From: Antedon mediterranea
Taxonomy: Eukaryota > Animalia > Echinodermata
Length of the DNA stretch: 64,000 bases
Assembly: GCF_964355755.1 (NCBI RefSeq)
Contig: NC_092677.1
Coordinates: 18,622,101 to 18,686,100 of the forward strand
Direction: 5' to 3'
The stretch's first letter is position 1. Each line of letters begins with the position of its first letter. The translations under genes were made by a program, and so were the position numbers. The notes beneath the pieces were generated by a model. The model ran no database searches and had not been told where the DNA came from. It was given only the letters and a program-made list of their open reading frames with translations. Of the stretch, positions 48,301-62,003 are shown piece after piece.

Positions 48301-50470
48301 AAAATAAAACGTTTTGTTTGCGTAACACATCCTACAAAATAAAGGCCGAACCTATACGAATTATTTGTTTTCAGATTAAAAAAAATCAAACACTATAAAA
48401 ACAAATATAAAAAAGAAAAACAATATTGATAATATTAATTATATCTTGATAGAAATGTTTAAAATAATTTTAATTAATTCAATTTCTATTGGGATACTTA
48501 ATTTTATTTAAAAATTATAATTTTGTTTTTATAAAGCTCAATGAATTTAGGGCTTTTTATTGATATGAATTTATTCAAATAAATATATCTTTATTTATCC
48601 TTCTTTGGGCAATACAAAATGGATTACATTACTGTATAAACAAATATTTTGAAGAGAATAAACTGCTTGATATACCAATACTAACAACTTCCATGTAATA
48701 CAAACTAAAGTGGCTTATCAATCTTAAGCATAGTGAAGATTATACAGTAGGCCTACATGGCAATCCTGAACTGGAGGTATGCGATACAAGACAAAAACAA
48801 ATAGAATTGATAATTTTTCATTAAAAACTCACAGAAAGTATACGGTTTGCATTCCCTAAGCTAAGATGGAGCTGTATACTGTGTAAGAGTAATTTTGATA
48901 CATTTTTTTTAAATAATGAGTTGTGAATGTTGGTTGGTAATTAACAAATTAAAATGATTTTTTTTTTTCAGATTCTCTTTTGCCTTGTGAAGGTAACCTG
49001 ACTGCTTCAGCTATTCAGTTTTTACCTTGTAACGGTGAGTTTCATCATTTTTTTTATAACAGAATATGCTGCAGTTTGCTGCGGTAACAATACAACTGGC
49101 CGATGATAATACTGAAAACAGTGAAGATGAAAACAACTTTAATATGATTATTTGTTTAAAATTGTCAACAACAGTATTACATTTACTGTAGTTTACTTTT
49201 AAATAAAATGATATGATTTCATAATCCATCAAAACCACACAAAACAACCACTGTTCTAAAATATTACTTGGGTAATTCATTAAAAATATTTTAAGACATC
49301 CATACCTGGACATAGGAATAAAAAGATTCGTTGCCCTTCATAATCATTGAACAGCCTATTTTGACTGGAGTTAAATTTGTAACCTTTGTTTGCTACACAA
49401 AAATCCATCTCTTCATTGTATGAATTTCTATATTTGTTATATTAGCACTTAATAAATTATTATGTAAAGAAATTCTGCATAAATATGACTAATCAAATAA
49501 AAAAAACTGAAAAGCCATGTGACGTTTCTTAGTAACTGTACAGTATGTACTTTATCGACAATGTATTGTTAATCTTCCAAAGGCATTTTGTTTGAAGATA
49601 AAGTTCCTTAACAATGATTTCAAGCCACGCAATCAGGTGATAATCAGTCACTTGTCACAAGGGTCCACTAAAGCTTTAACGATATTGGACATTTAAATGT
49701 CTGTAAATGAATAAAACAACTTCAAAACAATCGAAATCAAATTGCAATAACAAATGAATCTTTTAATAAAAAAATACATATACATTGTCATGTAATGACA
49801 AATCTGTCTGGGAATGTGTAAGTACAATTCAATCCGGTCCGGTCTGTCTTTCTTCCAGCACGCCCTCTCTCTCATTCTTTCTCGCCACTGATATGGCTTG
49901 ATTATATTAAAAGTACATACATGTTATGATCATAACTGTTATATATCTATCTATATCAATCGTTAAAAAAATAAAAAGAGCATTCACATATACAAAGAAT
50001 GCATTCCTCTTCAGCTACAAACATTGATTTTGTATGTGAAATTTTATATTTTTAGAACGTTTTTTCACAAAAATTCTAAGAAGTTTAGCATCTATAAATA
50101 TTGATGTCATAAGTAAGAAAAAAGAGTAGTACTATTTAAACAAATAATGCCTACCAATATGACTAACAATTATGTCTGTATTTCTCAAATTTATAAACAG
50201 TTATAATTATATTACCATAGAAGGACCAAACCGTGTTTGGAAGAAAGTCCAAATGCAACAGTCACGTGGGATCCTCCTGTGACAAGTGGCAATGGAACAG
50301 TGACTGTGGTGTCATCGTCATACGAGTCAGGTGACATGATACCAATTGGTATTCACATAATCACCTTTACAGCAACTGATTCTTCTGGTAATTTTGACAC
50401 ATGTGACTTTGGTCTTCAGGTTGTAGGTAAAATATTTATCTGTTTTCATGAATAGTATAGTGATTTAAAT

Positions 50471-50548
50471 AATGTACTTGATCATTAATGTATTGATCAT
50501 TAATGTATTGATCATTAATGTACTTGATCATTAATGTACTTGGTCATT
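50471..50548. repeat. 15-16-bp minisatellite (AATGTA(C)TTGATCATT)n
   Basis: About five tandem copies. Confidence 0.75.
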
Positions 50549-53500
50549 GTTGGTTATAGTCAATTCTTTTTATATTTCTGTTTGACATTTGTGTTTTACC
50601 GATGAAACTTCATCTTGCGTTTTTCACACAGGATGAGTCAAAATTTAAATTGTAAGATTGGTTTGGGCCTCATAAATTAGTTTGTAACGATTGCTCTGTA
50701 ACATAACATCATAACATAAACGAAAATAATTAACTAATGTTAAAAAATGATTGATATTTAGATGATAATTTTAATATATAATTGAACCTTTAATTCCTGT
50801 ATTTTTTTCTCTATTAATAATAGATAATGAGAATCTTGACTTGGTATGTCCACCTGATATTACAACTACTACATCAGATGGTTTAAATCAAGCAGTCAAT
50901 GTCACCTGGAGTGATCCAATTGTATTTGACAATGCTGAAGAACATGCAACACCAACGTCCACTTACAATTCTGGAAATAATATATTTGATATTGGCAGCA
51001 CTGTTGTTATATATGATGCAGTTGATAGTTCAGGCAATGCAGCAACATATAACTTTACTGTTACTGTTAGTGGTAAGCATAATGTTGAATAATCTTATTT
51101 TAATAATTAGCATTGTTGCTTGTTAACCATTATGCAATTAAACTAAACATCTACAGCTCATTATGTCGGTCGGTTGGTCGGTCTGTAAACACTAACTAGA
51201 GCACGCGACTGCAGCCATGTATATGGCCTTGTTAGAAGATGGCAGACTATCGGACAACCGAGAGTCATGGAACCAATTAGCATACGCAATGTCTACCCAA
51301 TAGGAGCAGCGTAACATATGTTGTGATAATAGTTCATAACTGTTCACAATTTGATTCAGTATATCCAGTATTAAATAATAATAATACTTATTATCATTTA
51401 TAGATCTAGAATCTCCAGATATTATCAATTATTGTCCAATGAATATGACTGTTAACACAACAACTGGTGAGGCATTTGCAATCAATGTCTCATGGGCTGA
51501 ACCAACAGCTACTGATAACTCTGGAGAGACTCCTGCACCAGTAGCAGACTACAATTCTGGTGTTAATATGTTTTCAATTGGCGACAAAACAGATCAGTAC
51601 AATGTATCAGATTCCTCTGGCAACTACAACAAAAGATGCAGTTTTGTTACCACTGTTGGAGGTAGGTTTTTATCACACTACAGTAGGTAGGCAATTTAAA
51701 TTTAGCAAATAGTTTGTCCACATAATACAATGTATGTTATATTTTTTACATTTTAGTGAAGAAGGCAAATTATAATTATAATAAATATATCATGTAACTG
51801 TATTATAACATGTTTGATCTTCACCTGTGTCTGCACAATTCTTTCTTTGTTCTTTACCATCAGTGCCTTGACTGTATTATCATCTTATAATTCTTTCTTT
51901 CTGCCAACATTGATTCTGGTTTCTTTAAATGTTAGCAGTATGACCAATTTATGACCATTTACGGTGCTTCAAAGGTCACGTAAAATAGTACAATTTTCCT
52001 TGTTAATTTACAACAAAATCTACTAATCGGAATTGTTGCTAACTGGGCTCATGTTATTTTTGTTTGGATATCTCAAATTGTCATAACTAATTATCATAAC
52101 ATTTTCTACAATTCTTCACTTCTCTTGGAATATAAGCTTTCCAACGCTGCCTTTCACATGCTACCCTATCTACACAGTGTTGTATTAAAACATTATGCCT
52201 AGTGTCCTATGTAAATCGTATATTATGCGAGCTGAAACTTCAGGTCAAACTTGAATGTTCAATTTCTTAATCATTTCATGTTTCATATTTTCCGGCGCTT
52301 GAGATAAGTTTTGTCTCTAATTAAATTTACCTTATTGCAACATTTGCATCCATGTTTTTGAAATATGTTTCTCTCAACATACTTTTATTGATGTTTATTG
52401 TTTACCTTCAGACTATGTCTTATATTTTTATTAATAGATAATGAACGTCCAATGATTGAATGCCCACAAAATATAACTTCAAACAATTATATTGGATTAG
52501 ACAATGGACTAGTAAGTGTCAGAACGGATGAAGGAAGTCCAAATGCCACTGTAACGTGGAATCCTCCTGTGACAAGTGACAATAGTAATACAAAAGTGAC
52601 TGTAGTGTCATCACCATATAAATCAGGTGACATGATAACAATCGGTACTCACGCAATCACCTTTACAGCAACTGATTATTCTGGTAACATTGGCACATGT
52701 GAATTTAACATCAAGATTGAAGGTATATAAAAGCTTTATTTATGAATCTAGTAAATGTATCATTAACAACCAAATAAAAAACATGATTGATGTAGCCTAA
52801 TGTGATTAATATTGGAATATAAATACTATTTAAGTGTAATATTTCAAATCAAAAAACAACTAATGAATAACAGTTATCTTTTACTATTTGTTTGCTATAT
52901 TTGACGTTGCGTTTCCAGAAACAACCTAATTAAAGGCCGCTCAATTAAAAGTTAACCGATAATTATCTCATTCAAATCAGATAATAATCTGACAAAATTT
53001 AACAATATTGTTTGTACTGTAGGTATTGATCACCTGTTGAAGAGTTAAAATCTACTTTGTTTAGTTAAAAATATAAATTATTTAGGGTTTATCGTTTTTC
53101 TTTAATATATCTTATATATGTAATATGTCATTTAGTTGAACAAACATTTAAACATGCTTGGAAAGTTTTTTTTGCATATTTTTTTTTAGAAGTTTCGTAC
53201 ATCAATGCTATTGTGTTTTTAGATATAAACATATTTTATTGTTCAGTCTATTTGGCAGATTAAAAATTTCCTAATGATATTATTTTTAGGTTATATTTTG
53301 AATTTTGCACAGTTCATTTAAAATTCATTAACGTTTAGATCAAGAAGCTCCAGATATTATCAATTGTCCAATGGATATGACTGTTAACACAGCGACTGGT
53401 GAGGCATTTGCAATCAATGTCACATGGGTTGAACCTACAGCTACTGATAACTCTGGAGAAATTATTGAGCTAGAATCAAATTACACTTCTGGTAATATTA

Positions 53501-53990
53501 TATTTCCAATTGGTGACACAACAGTCCAGTACAATGTCTCGGATTCATCTGGTATCTTCAATGACAGCTGTGTTTTTGTTATCACTGTTGAAGGTAGAAA
53601 ATACGTTTTGTTCAACTCTGACGTACGTGCACTGACAATTGAGTAACCTGTACAGTTACGTTAGACAGAGTTGACCAATAAACTTACTCCATGGTGCAAA
53701 TCTACATAGTAGTAGTAGTAATTATGATTATCATCAGGTAATGTTTAATTTGAAGAGTACAGTGGGTTCTAGTTAACAAAACAGGATTTTGAAACATACA
53801 TTCTCTATCCTGGAAAATGTTTAAATAATAAATTTCAAATTTCAACAATAACCACTTATTAACCAAGTTCTGAAGTTTCTTCCACCATGTAGTAGGTATT
53901 GAGTGTACTCCGAGAATAATTTGTTACTAAATGTTTGTGTTTTTTTTTTTATACTTAGATGTTTTTTGTAACACTGACAATTGTTTAAAA

Positions 53991-56108
53991 CTAGAAAGCC
54001 ACTCCGAGAGGGCATACCTCCGTCTACTGTAAAATTCTCTTACATAAGATTTCTCCGGTAAAAATATATATATATATATATATATGGGTGCGTGTCTTAA
54101 TGCTGTTTGTGATTTAGGCTAATTTCATTACAAGCATGTGTATGCGAGTTTGGTGTAATGGTTATGTAACAAGCCTTTCAATTAACAATAGCTTCAGTCG
54201 ACTAACAATAGAACAGCAACGCGAAAATCAAACGAGTGAATTTGAAAAGAAATAGGTTTTTTAAACTACTCGCATCAAGAAACGTGCACATTAAATCAGA
54301 TTATGTTTTAAAATTACAAATCACAATTTATACCTCTTGCCTCTTGTTCAAGAATGAAGTTTTTTAGATAAGTAGTTCTCGAGAAAATGCAATTTCAGTT
54401 TACTTGTTACTTTAAGACTGCTCGCTGGCTTTTGAAAAATTCTCTCCTATCTTTTAACACTAGCAGGTCTAAAAAAAGTATACTAAAAAGTAGTCCAGAA
54501 TTGGGACTGTGTTTCCAAATGGTCCCAAAATTTAATGGAATGGTCCTTGACCACATATCTATATGTCTATTCATTTTGGTAAAGATCTTGTAATTACTTT
54601 TTGAGTAATCCTGCTAACAAACAAACAAACAAACTAGCCTTCGCGCATAGCGCGATACTTGGCCAAATCAAAATTGGCCTCCTGACATTGACCCAAATTT
54701 GCACCAAAAGTGTGTGTCTTATGCTGTGTGATTTAGGCTAATTTTATTACTATCATGTGTATACGAGTTTGGTGTACAGGTTATGTAACCAGCCTTTCAA
54801 TGAACAATAGCTTCAGTCGGCTAATAATAGAACAGCACGCGGAAAACACACGGGTGAATTTGAAAAGAAATAGGTTTTGTAAACTACTCGCATCAAAAAA
54901 CCTCTATATTAAATCTAATTCAGTTTAAAAATTACAAATCACAAATTATAACTCTTGCCTCTTGTACAAAAATGAAGTTTTTGGGACAAGTAGTTCCCGA
55001 GAAAATGCAATTTAAGTTTACTTGTTAATTTAAGACTGCTCACCGGCTTTTGATAATTCTGTCCTATCTTTTAACACTAGCAGGTCTGAAAATAATTTTT
55101 AAAAGTGGTCCAGAATTGGGACCGTGGTCTGGATTTTAACCAAAATTGGGCAGAGTCGTCCTTGCACCAGGTGACATGTATGGTAGTAATTTGGAGTAAT
55201 TCGAATCAAAACTGTGAGCGCTAGAGTGATGACAAACAAACAAACAAACAAACAAACACACAAACCGCACCAATCAACATACTTGGCCAATTTTCAATTT
55301 GGCCAAGTAACAAACAAACTAGCCTTCGCGCATAGCGCGATACTTGGCCAAATCAAAATTGGCCTCCTGACATTGACCCAATTTTGACCAAAAGTGTATG
55401 TCTTATGCTGTGTGATTTAGGCTAATTTCACTACAATCATGTGTGTACGAGTTTGGTGTACAGGTTATGTAACCAGCCTTTCAACGAACAATAGCTTCAG
55501 TCGGCTAACAATAGAACAGCAACGCGAAAAACACACGGGTGAATTTGAAAAGAAATAGGTTTTGTAAACTACTCGCATCAAAAAACCTGTATATTAAATC
55601 AATTTATGTTTTAAAATTACAAATCACAAATTATAACTCTTGCCTCTTGTACAAAAATGAAGTTTTTTGGACAAGTAGTTCCCGAGAAAATGCAATTTAA
55701 GTTTACTTGTTAATTTAAGACTGCTCATCGGCTTTTGATAATTCTGTCCTATCTTTTAACACTAGCAGGTCTGAAAATAATTTTTAAAAGTGGTCCAGAA
55801 TTGGGACCGTGGTTCGGATTTTAACCAAAATTGGGCAGTGTCGTCCTTGCACCAGGTGACATGTATGGTAGTAATTTGGAGTCATTCGAATCAAAATTGT
55901 GAGCGCTAGAGTGATGACAAACAAACAAACACACACACACACACACACACAAACCGCACCAATCAACATACTTGGCCAATTTTCAATTTGGCCAAGTAAC
56001 AAACAAACACACACACAAACCAAACAGATCAACATACTTGGCCAATTTTCAATTTGGCCAAGTAACAAACACACGCTACCGATTACATATACCTCCTTGG
56101 CGGAGGTA
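53991..56108 (-). mobile_element. Nested Helentron-associated (HINE/DINE-like) non-autonomous elements
   Basis: On the minus strand the outer element starts TTACCTCCGCCAAGGAGGT and ends GGAGGTATGCC..hairpin..CTAG. Inner copies 54634-55310 and 55319-55999 start TTACTTGGCCAA....TTGGCCAAGTA, carry a (TTTG)n/(TG)n microsatellite and end TTGGCCAAGTATCGCGCTATGCGCGAAGGCTAG. All three share a ~500-bp core. Confidence 0.72.
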
Positions 56109-58059
56109 AATAAATTACATTTTCTTTTCTGTTAAAAATATATAAACATTTTTTTTACTAAGTTACTTAGATATATAGCCTAACTGAGCTTTTATTGATA
56201 TTATAATAATCAGATAATGAAGAACCAGTTTTCAATACGTGTCCAAAATGATACCACAGTAAACACTACTACTGGACTACCAACTGCTAATGTGTTGTGG
56301 ATTGAACCCACAGCAATGGATAACTCCGGCATATCGATTATCATTTTTACCATGGCCCCGGGAAGTATTTTTCCAATAGGTGATAACCTTGTAATATATG
56401 CATGCTGCAACTGATTCAAATGAAAACTTTGCTCTATGTTCATTTAGTATCCTTGTGAAAGGTATGTTTTAATATTTTAAAAATAATACAATCTAATTTG
56501 ATTGATCTCACCTGATATTTAATATGAATTCAGTTGTATTGATTAACTTTGGTAACATTAAACAAAAATATAAAAATAGTACAATTTAACGATGCAAATA
56601 AGGAACATAAATAAGGAACATTTGACATAGTTCCTAGTTATGTTTTACAATGTTTCGCAAGTTTAGATATGCGATAATATTGTGTTTGTAAGTTTTTTTG
56701 CTTTGTTTTTTTTTTACTTTATTATTTTTGTTTCAACTTATCAGCATATATGAAATCAATTTACTTATATAACAAAGTGCATCAATAAAGTACAATACAA
56801 CGAGGTAAATAAGAAATATTTGTTTGCAACATTTATTGTCAAAATGTTGGATGATAACTTAAATGTGTTATTTGCACGAACACTAATTGTTTGAATAATC
56901 AACATGATCAGTCACACGCTTCACTATCTACTCACACAAAATTGCCTTTTTAAAGATATGACTCATTTTTTATCCTATTTAAATCATAATTAACAAAAAG
57001 TTTTAAATCAATTGAAAATAGTATTTTGATGTTATTTGTCACTAGTAATAAAATCATAAGCATTTATATTTTATCTGATGTTGCTGTAAATCTTAAACGT
57101 GTGACGTCGCAATCTTTAAATTTGCTTTTCTCAGTTAAAATGTCTTTCCGCTTCTTTAACAGAACATTCTGTTTATTTTTTTTAGATAACGAACGTCCAA
57201 TGATTATCTGATGATGATGATGATGTTGTATTAAATTTTAAACGTGTGATGTCGCAATCTCCCTTTTGCATTTCCACATAAATATGCTTCTCTAACAGAA
57301 CATTCTGTTTATGTATATCTAGATAACGAACGTCCAATGATTACCTGCCCAACAAATGTCACTTCAAACAATTATATTGGATTAGATAATGAACTAGTAA
57401 GTGTCAGCACAGATGAAGGAAGGCCAAATGCCACTGTCACCTGGGATCCTCTTGTGACAAGTGACAATAGTAATGCAACAGTGATTGTTTTGTCATCGCC
57501 ATAAAAATCAGGAGACGTGATTCCATTTACAGCAACTGATTCTTCTGGTAATATTAACACATGTGACTTTGGTCTCAATGTTGAAGGTAAACATAATCAG
57601 GAATTGGGTTGAGAACACAATTCTATTTTGAGAACGGAGAGGGCGGGTTTTTCGACCTCTTTGATCAAGCACCCTCTCTGTTAACACGATCACATTAAGT
57701 TGAAGACAATTTTCTTATTTTTCCATCACCGATTTCCATCCTAACACGACAACATTTTTACAAGTAAGTCTTCTAACAATCCGGCACCTTATGCGACACA
57801 ACTCAGTTACTCATAATTTCCACGACTACAAATACAGCCCTTTCCATTATGGAAAGTCTACCTATGTACTGTATGTGTGGTAACGTGAGTGTATTTTAGG
57901 GTGTGTCCGGGCTACTGGTGTGATTCTAGTTTACACGAGTTTACACTGTACTAATGTTCGGTCGCCATTGTGATTTAACACGGTTTTTCGACTTTATACA
58001 TATATTATTATATATACAGTATATATATATTTCTGTATACTTTGCACATAATTATTCTC

Positions 58060-58464
58060 TTATATGTCGTGCGATTAACGACTCGCACATGAATTTTATA
58101 TGTCGTGCGATAACGACCCGCACATTGATTGGTTTCGCCTTAGTCGAAGACAAGGCCCATACATAAATCCTCTTGTATGTCGTGCGATTAACGACTCGCA
58201 CACGAATTTTTATATTTCGTGCGATAACGACTCGTACATTTACTTTCGCCTTAATCGAAGACAAGGCCAATACATAAATCCTTTTGTAGGAAGATATTAA
58301 TGACACAAACATTACCCGCACATATACTTTTATATGTCGTGCGATGAACGACTCGCACATGAATTTTATATGTCGTGCGATAACGACTCGCACATTTACT
58401 TTCTCCTTAGTTGAAGACCAGGCCCATACATAAATCCTCTTGTAGGAAGATATTAACGACACAA
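58060..58464 (+). repeat. Tandem repeat array in the Ngaro 5' region, containing self-complementary 25-mers
   Basis: Three higher-order units, each with two copies of TGTCGTGCGAT(T)AACGACTCGCACA. Confidence 0.85.
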
Positions 58465-59067
58465 AAATTTTTGTGATAAAAGCTCTTTTAACAGTACTGT
58501 ATTAGGTTCAGGCCCAAGAGTGCGATTTACACTGAAATCTGGCGTGCTTAACAGGCAGGCACTATAGTAACCGAAAACCACATTACACATTGGTTTGGTA
58601 TGTCGGGCGATAACAGACTAGCATTTTTCGCCTTATCAGATATTAGAACTTCTATCGAGTATCCAGTTTTCCCTACTGTGTGATATATTTACTAAGGGAC
58701 ACTGTTGTTTATTTATTTCATTTATATATATTAGGTCAAAGTGACGAGTTAAATTCTAGTTTTAATAATATATATTATTTTATATATATAATTTTATTTT
58801 TTTTAATATATACACACTTCCACTTCCTAGTAAAAAATAAAAGCTAACTTGCTATATTAACGTCTACGCCTTGTAATAGTACAAACAAACGTTTACCTTT
58901 TCCATATGTTTGGTCAAGTGAAGTTTTGAATTCAGCCTAGCTACATTATACATAGGCATAATACCTATAATAATTATATCGTACGGCAATACACACTACG
59001 TTTTGGTAAACATTATTAACATTTTGTTGTATTGTCTTCTTACATCGATTTCTGCTAGGGGTTCATA

Positions 59068-60214
59068 ATGGCCAAACGGACAGCACGTAAGACACAGAAA
59101 CAAACAGCACCCAAACAATCCAACAGCACTTCTGGGGCTTCTGGTGCACCTAAAAGGAAAGCACAAACTACACCTAAACAACTAGCTAAGAAGAAAAAGC
59201 TCCCTGCCACTGCTTCTACCAGTACAGATAATACTGACACATGTAACGCTTCGGCGGTTTCCGCCGAGGTCTCGGAAAGGCTGGAAAAAATGGAGCACAT
59301 GATTTCTGGATTGGCCGAGGTACTTACTAATTTGAGTAAGTGTGGGAAGTCTAATATAGGCATATCCGATACCACTACTACAATAGCTAACGACGCAGAA
59401 CTAAACAGCACTCGGTTCTTCGACGACACAACACCAAATACTATATCAGATATCACCATGCCACTCACTCACGCACCTGACACTATTGCCACACCGCCAA
59501 AAGACACATTTATTCCATACACTATTGTTGAAGGAGATGCAGCTCAAAACCCCCTCCGGTATACCGGAGGAATTAAGGCCAGAGCTTTGGTCCCCGACAA
59601 ATTAAAAATAAAAATTAAAGACCACAAATATGTTGAGTTTTCAGATATCGTTAACCCAGACGAAAGCGATACATTCGCGTTACAGTTCAACGGGGGCCTT
59701 GAAATGGTGCCAAAAAAGAAAAAACGATTCTTGTCCGAACATGAATGGTCCATGGCATTTTACGACTTTGCCACTATACATCTAAGCTATCATCCTGCAG
59801 ATTCAAAACATGATGCGGAACAACGCACAAAATTGGCGGTCATACGATGAGGCTTTTCGGAGAGCTAGGGAACATACCAAATGCTCATGGGCCACAGTAC
59901 GGGGCGACCTTATTCACAACTTGATGCTACAACACTATTGCCCACAAAGTCATTTTCGGGGCTTCAACACCCCACCTTTCAACAGGAAGACCACCGATTC
60001 CCAAATACCACTTCGATACTGCCAATCATACCACACCCCAGCGCGAAAGTGCTTACAACCATACCGCTGTAAGTACTCTCATCAATGCTTTAAATGCTCC
60101 GAAGACAGGCCACACCCATATTTCCTGTGCAAACGAGTTACAAATCAATCACGTCACCCATCAACAACAACATCCTCTGCTAACACCACTGCCAACCCCC
60201 CTAAGGGTAGATAA
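59068..60214 (+). pseudogene. Ngaro gag-like ORF1, frameshifted near 59800
   Basis: KIK...YVEF, EW..AF..F in the first frame; W..YDEAFR and a Cys/His cluster C..YH....C.....CKYSH.C..C....HP...C in the second frame. Confidence 0.75.
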
Positions 60215-62003
60215 ACTCGAAACCCTTCTCTCGGGATATTCCAACAAAGATTACCTCATTTCCGGCTTTACAAATGGTTTTTTCCTGAATTACGACGGTC
60301 CGGAGGCCGGCTTTACTGCAAAAAATTCAGTATCGGCATTACAGAAACCTCAAATTATCCAACCGATGATTGCTAAAAAGATTGCTACAGGGCGTATAGC
60401 TGGTCCATTCGATTTTCCCCCATTTCTACATTTCAAATCGTCACCTCTGAGTTTGAGGGAGAAATCCGTTGCAGGAAAATACAGATTAATTCATAACTTA
60501 TCATATCCGCACGACAAAAGATCAGTGGATCATAATATTCCGCAACATTACAAAACAGTCCACTATGAAAATATATCCACAGCCGTAAATATCATTCAAA
60601 AATCCACCTACCCAGCCTACCTATCAAAAAGCGATATTCAAGATGCTTTCCGGCTCATTTTCTTGCACAAAACGCAGTATCACCTTACCGGGTTCTCTTG
60701 GAGAAACAAACTGTACTACGATAAGGTCCTCCCACAAGGGTGTGGATCCTCTTGTAGAATTTTTGAATCGTTTTCAGACGGAATAAAATGGATACTGACA
60801 AATAAACTAGCATGTAAAAACGTAGTCAAGGTTTTAGACGATTTCCTGCTTATAGGCGATACAAAACATGAGTGCCAAAGGTACCTTAACAATCTCATTG
60901 CCTTATCAGGTGAAATTGGCCTTCCTCTCTCTCCTCACAAAACAGTTGAGCCAACTACAAAATTAACCTTCCTAGGGATCGAACTGGATACGCGAGCTAT
61001 GGTAGCCAGATTACCCAAGAACAAACTAGAAAAGTATAGGTCCGAAGTAGAAAAATGGTCAAGTTTACATTACATAACACTCAGAGAACTTCAATCTCTT
61101 ACCGGCAAACTTCAGTTCGCCACGTGCGTTATTAAGACCGGCAGGGCTTTCCTTACAAGACTATATACACTCACGAAAGGTCAGACAAATCCCGACTCAA
61201 AAACACGTATTACACAAGGAGTACGGGAATATTTAAAAATTTGGATACAATTTCTTGACCAATACAATGGAACCACTATCATCAATGTACTACCAAAAAA
61301 GTACTCCGAATGCCTTCACTTCTTTTCAGATGCTTCCAAAAGGGAATTTGGTGCTACATTTGGGGCTACGTGGGTACACGGTATATGGCCAGAACGTTGG
61401 AAGAAGTTAGATATAATGGTTTTAGAAATGTACCCTATTTATCTCATGATATCACTGTACTCAAGCCAACTGGCCAACACTCATGTAGTATTTCACACCG
61501 ATAACCTACCCAATGTCTATCATGTTAACAATAAAACTAGTTCTAATTCTGATGTAATGCGCATAATCAGGCCGTTAGTGTTAGTACTACTTACACATAA
61601 TATACATCTAACAGCCAGGCATATACCAGGTATTAAAAATGTACTAAGTGATGCAATTTCCCGTTCACAGGTAACGCAAAAACTTCTCAAACAATTCGGA
61701 ATGCATCAAAACCCATTAACAATACCACCGCATCTGCTACCAGAGAACTTCGTGCATTCACGAAAACCTGATAAGAGCTTCCGTCACGACTGGAACCAGA
61801 AAATCATACAACAGGGCGTGGTCAACCTTACTTATGTTCCTACAAAGCCACCACCTACCACATCAAATGCCTATCTCACCACCCCACATCTCACTTTTCG
61901 TCTGCCACCTCTTTCGGACAGGTCTCAACCAAAATACCATAATAACGTATCTAAGTGCCATTGCATTCATGCACAAAATTACCAACAACCCAGACCCTAC
62001 TAA
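60180..62003 (+). CDS. Ngaro reverse transcriptase / RNase H
   Basis: KYRLIHNLS, KSDIQDAFR, LPQG, VLDDFL, FLGIELD; RNase H FSDAS, LE, HTDN, HIPG..N..SDAISR. The frame is open upstream of ATG 60366 (LPTPLRV...ISGFTNGF). Confidence 0.9.
   Translation, partial: LTPLPTPLRVDKLETLLSGYSNKDYLISGFTNGFFLNYDGPEAGFTAKNSVSALQKPQIIQPMIAKKIATGRIAGPFDFPPFLHFKSSPLSLREKSVAGKYRLIHNLSYPHDKRSVDHNIPQHYKTVHYENISTAVNIIQKSTYPAYLSKSDIQDAFRLIFLHKTQYHLTGFSWRNKLYYDKVLPQGCGSSCRIFESFSDGIKWILTNKLACKNVVKVLDDFLLIGDTKHECQRYLNNLIALSGEIGLPLSPHKTVEPTTKLTFLGIELDTRAMVARLPKNKLEKYRSEVEKWSSLHYITLRELQSLTGKLQFATCVIKTGRAFLTRLYTLTKGQTNPDSKTRITQGVREYLKIWIQFLDQYNGTTIINVLPKKYSECLHFFSDASKREFGATFGATWVHGIWPERWKKLDIMVLEMYPIYLMISLYSSQLANTHVVFHTDNLPNVYHVNNKTSSNSDVMRIIRPLVLVLLTHNIHLTARHIPGIKNVLSDAISRSQVTQKLLKQFGMHQNPLTIPPHLLPENFVHSRKPDKSFRHDWNQKIIQQGVVNLTYVPTKPPPTTSNAYLTTPHLTFRLPPLSDRSQPKYHNNVSKCHCIHAQNYQQPRPY

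Larger units (their letters stand above)
46999..57586 (+). pseudogene. Decaying paralogous gene: UMOD/GP2 D8C-like exon followed by HYR exons
   Basis: D8C-like PC...WQRS...DGWY...MPT....CGT.FPVWIDG (46999-47204). HYR exons near 50240-50426 (5'-truncated), 50824-51072, 51403-51661, 52438-52722, 53339-53593, 56214-56461 (frameshifted) and 57323-57586 (in-frame TAA at about 57502), closely resembling 12158-13452. Confidence 0.68.

Noticed and set aside
55099-56135. Cys/Val-rich ORFs (CVCVC...)
   Set aside because: Translations of microsatellites in the Helentron-type repeats.
58060-58464. CRISPR-like array of palindromic repeats
   Set aside because: The intervening sequences are themselves repeated, there are no cas genes, and it lies within a eukaryotic retrotransposon.
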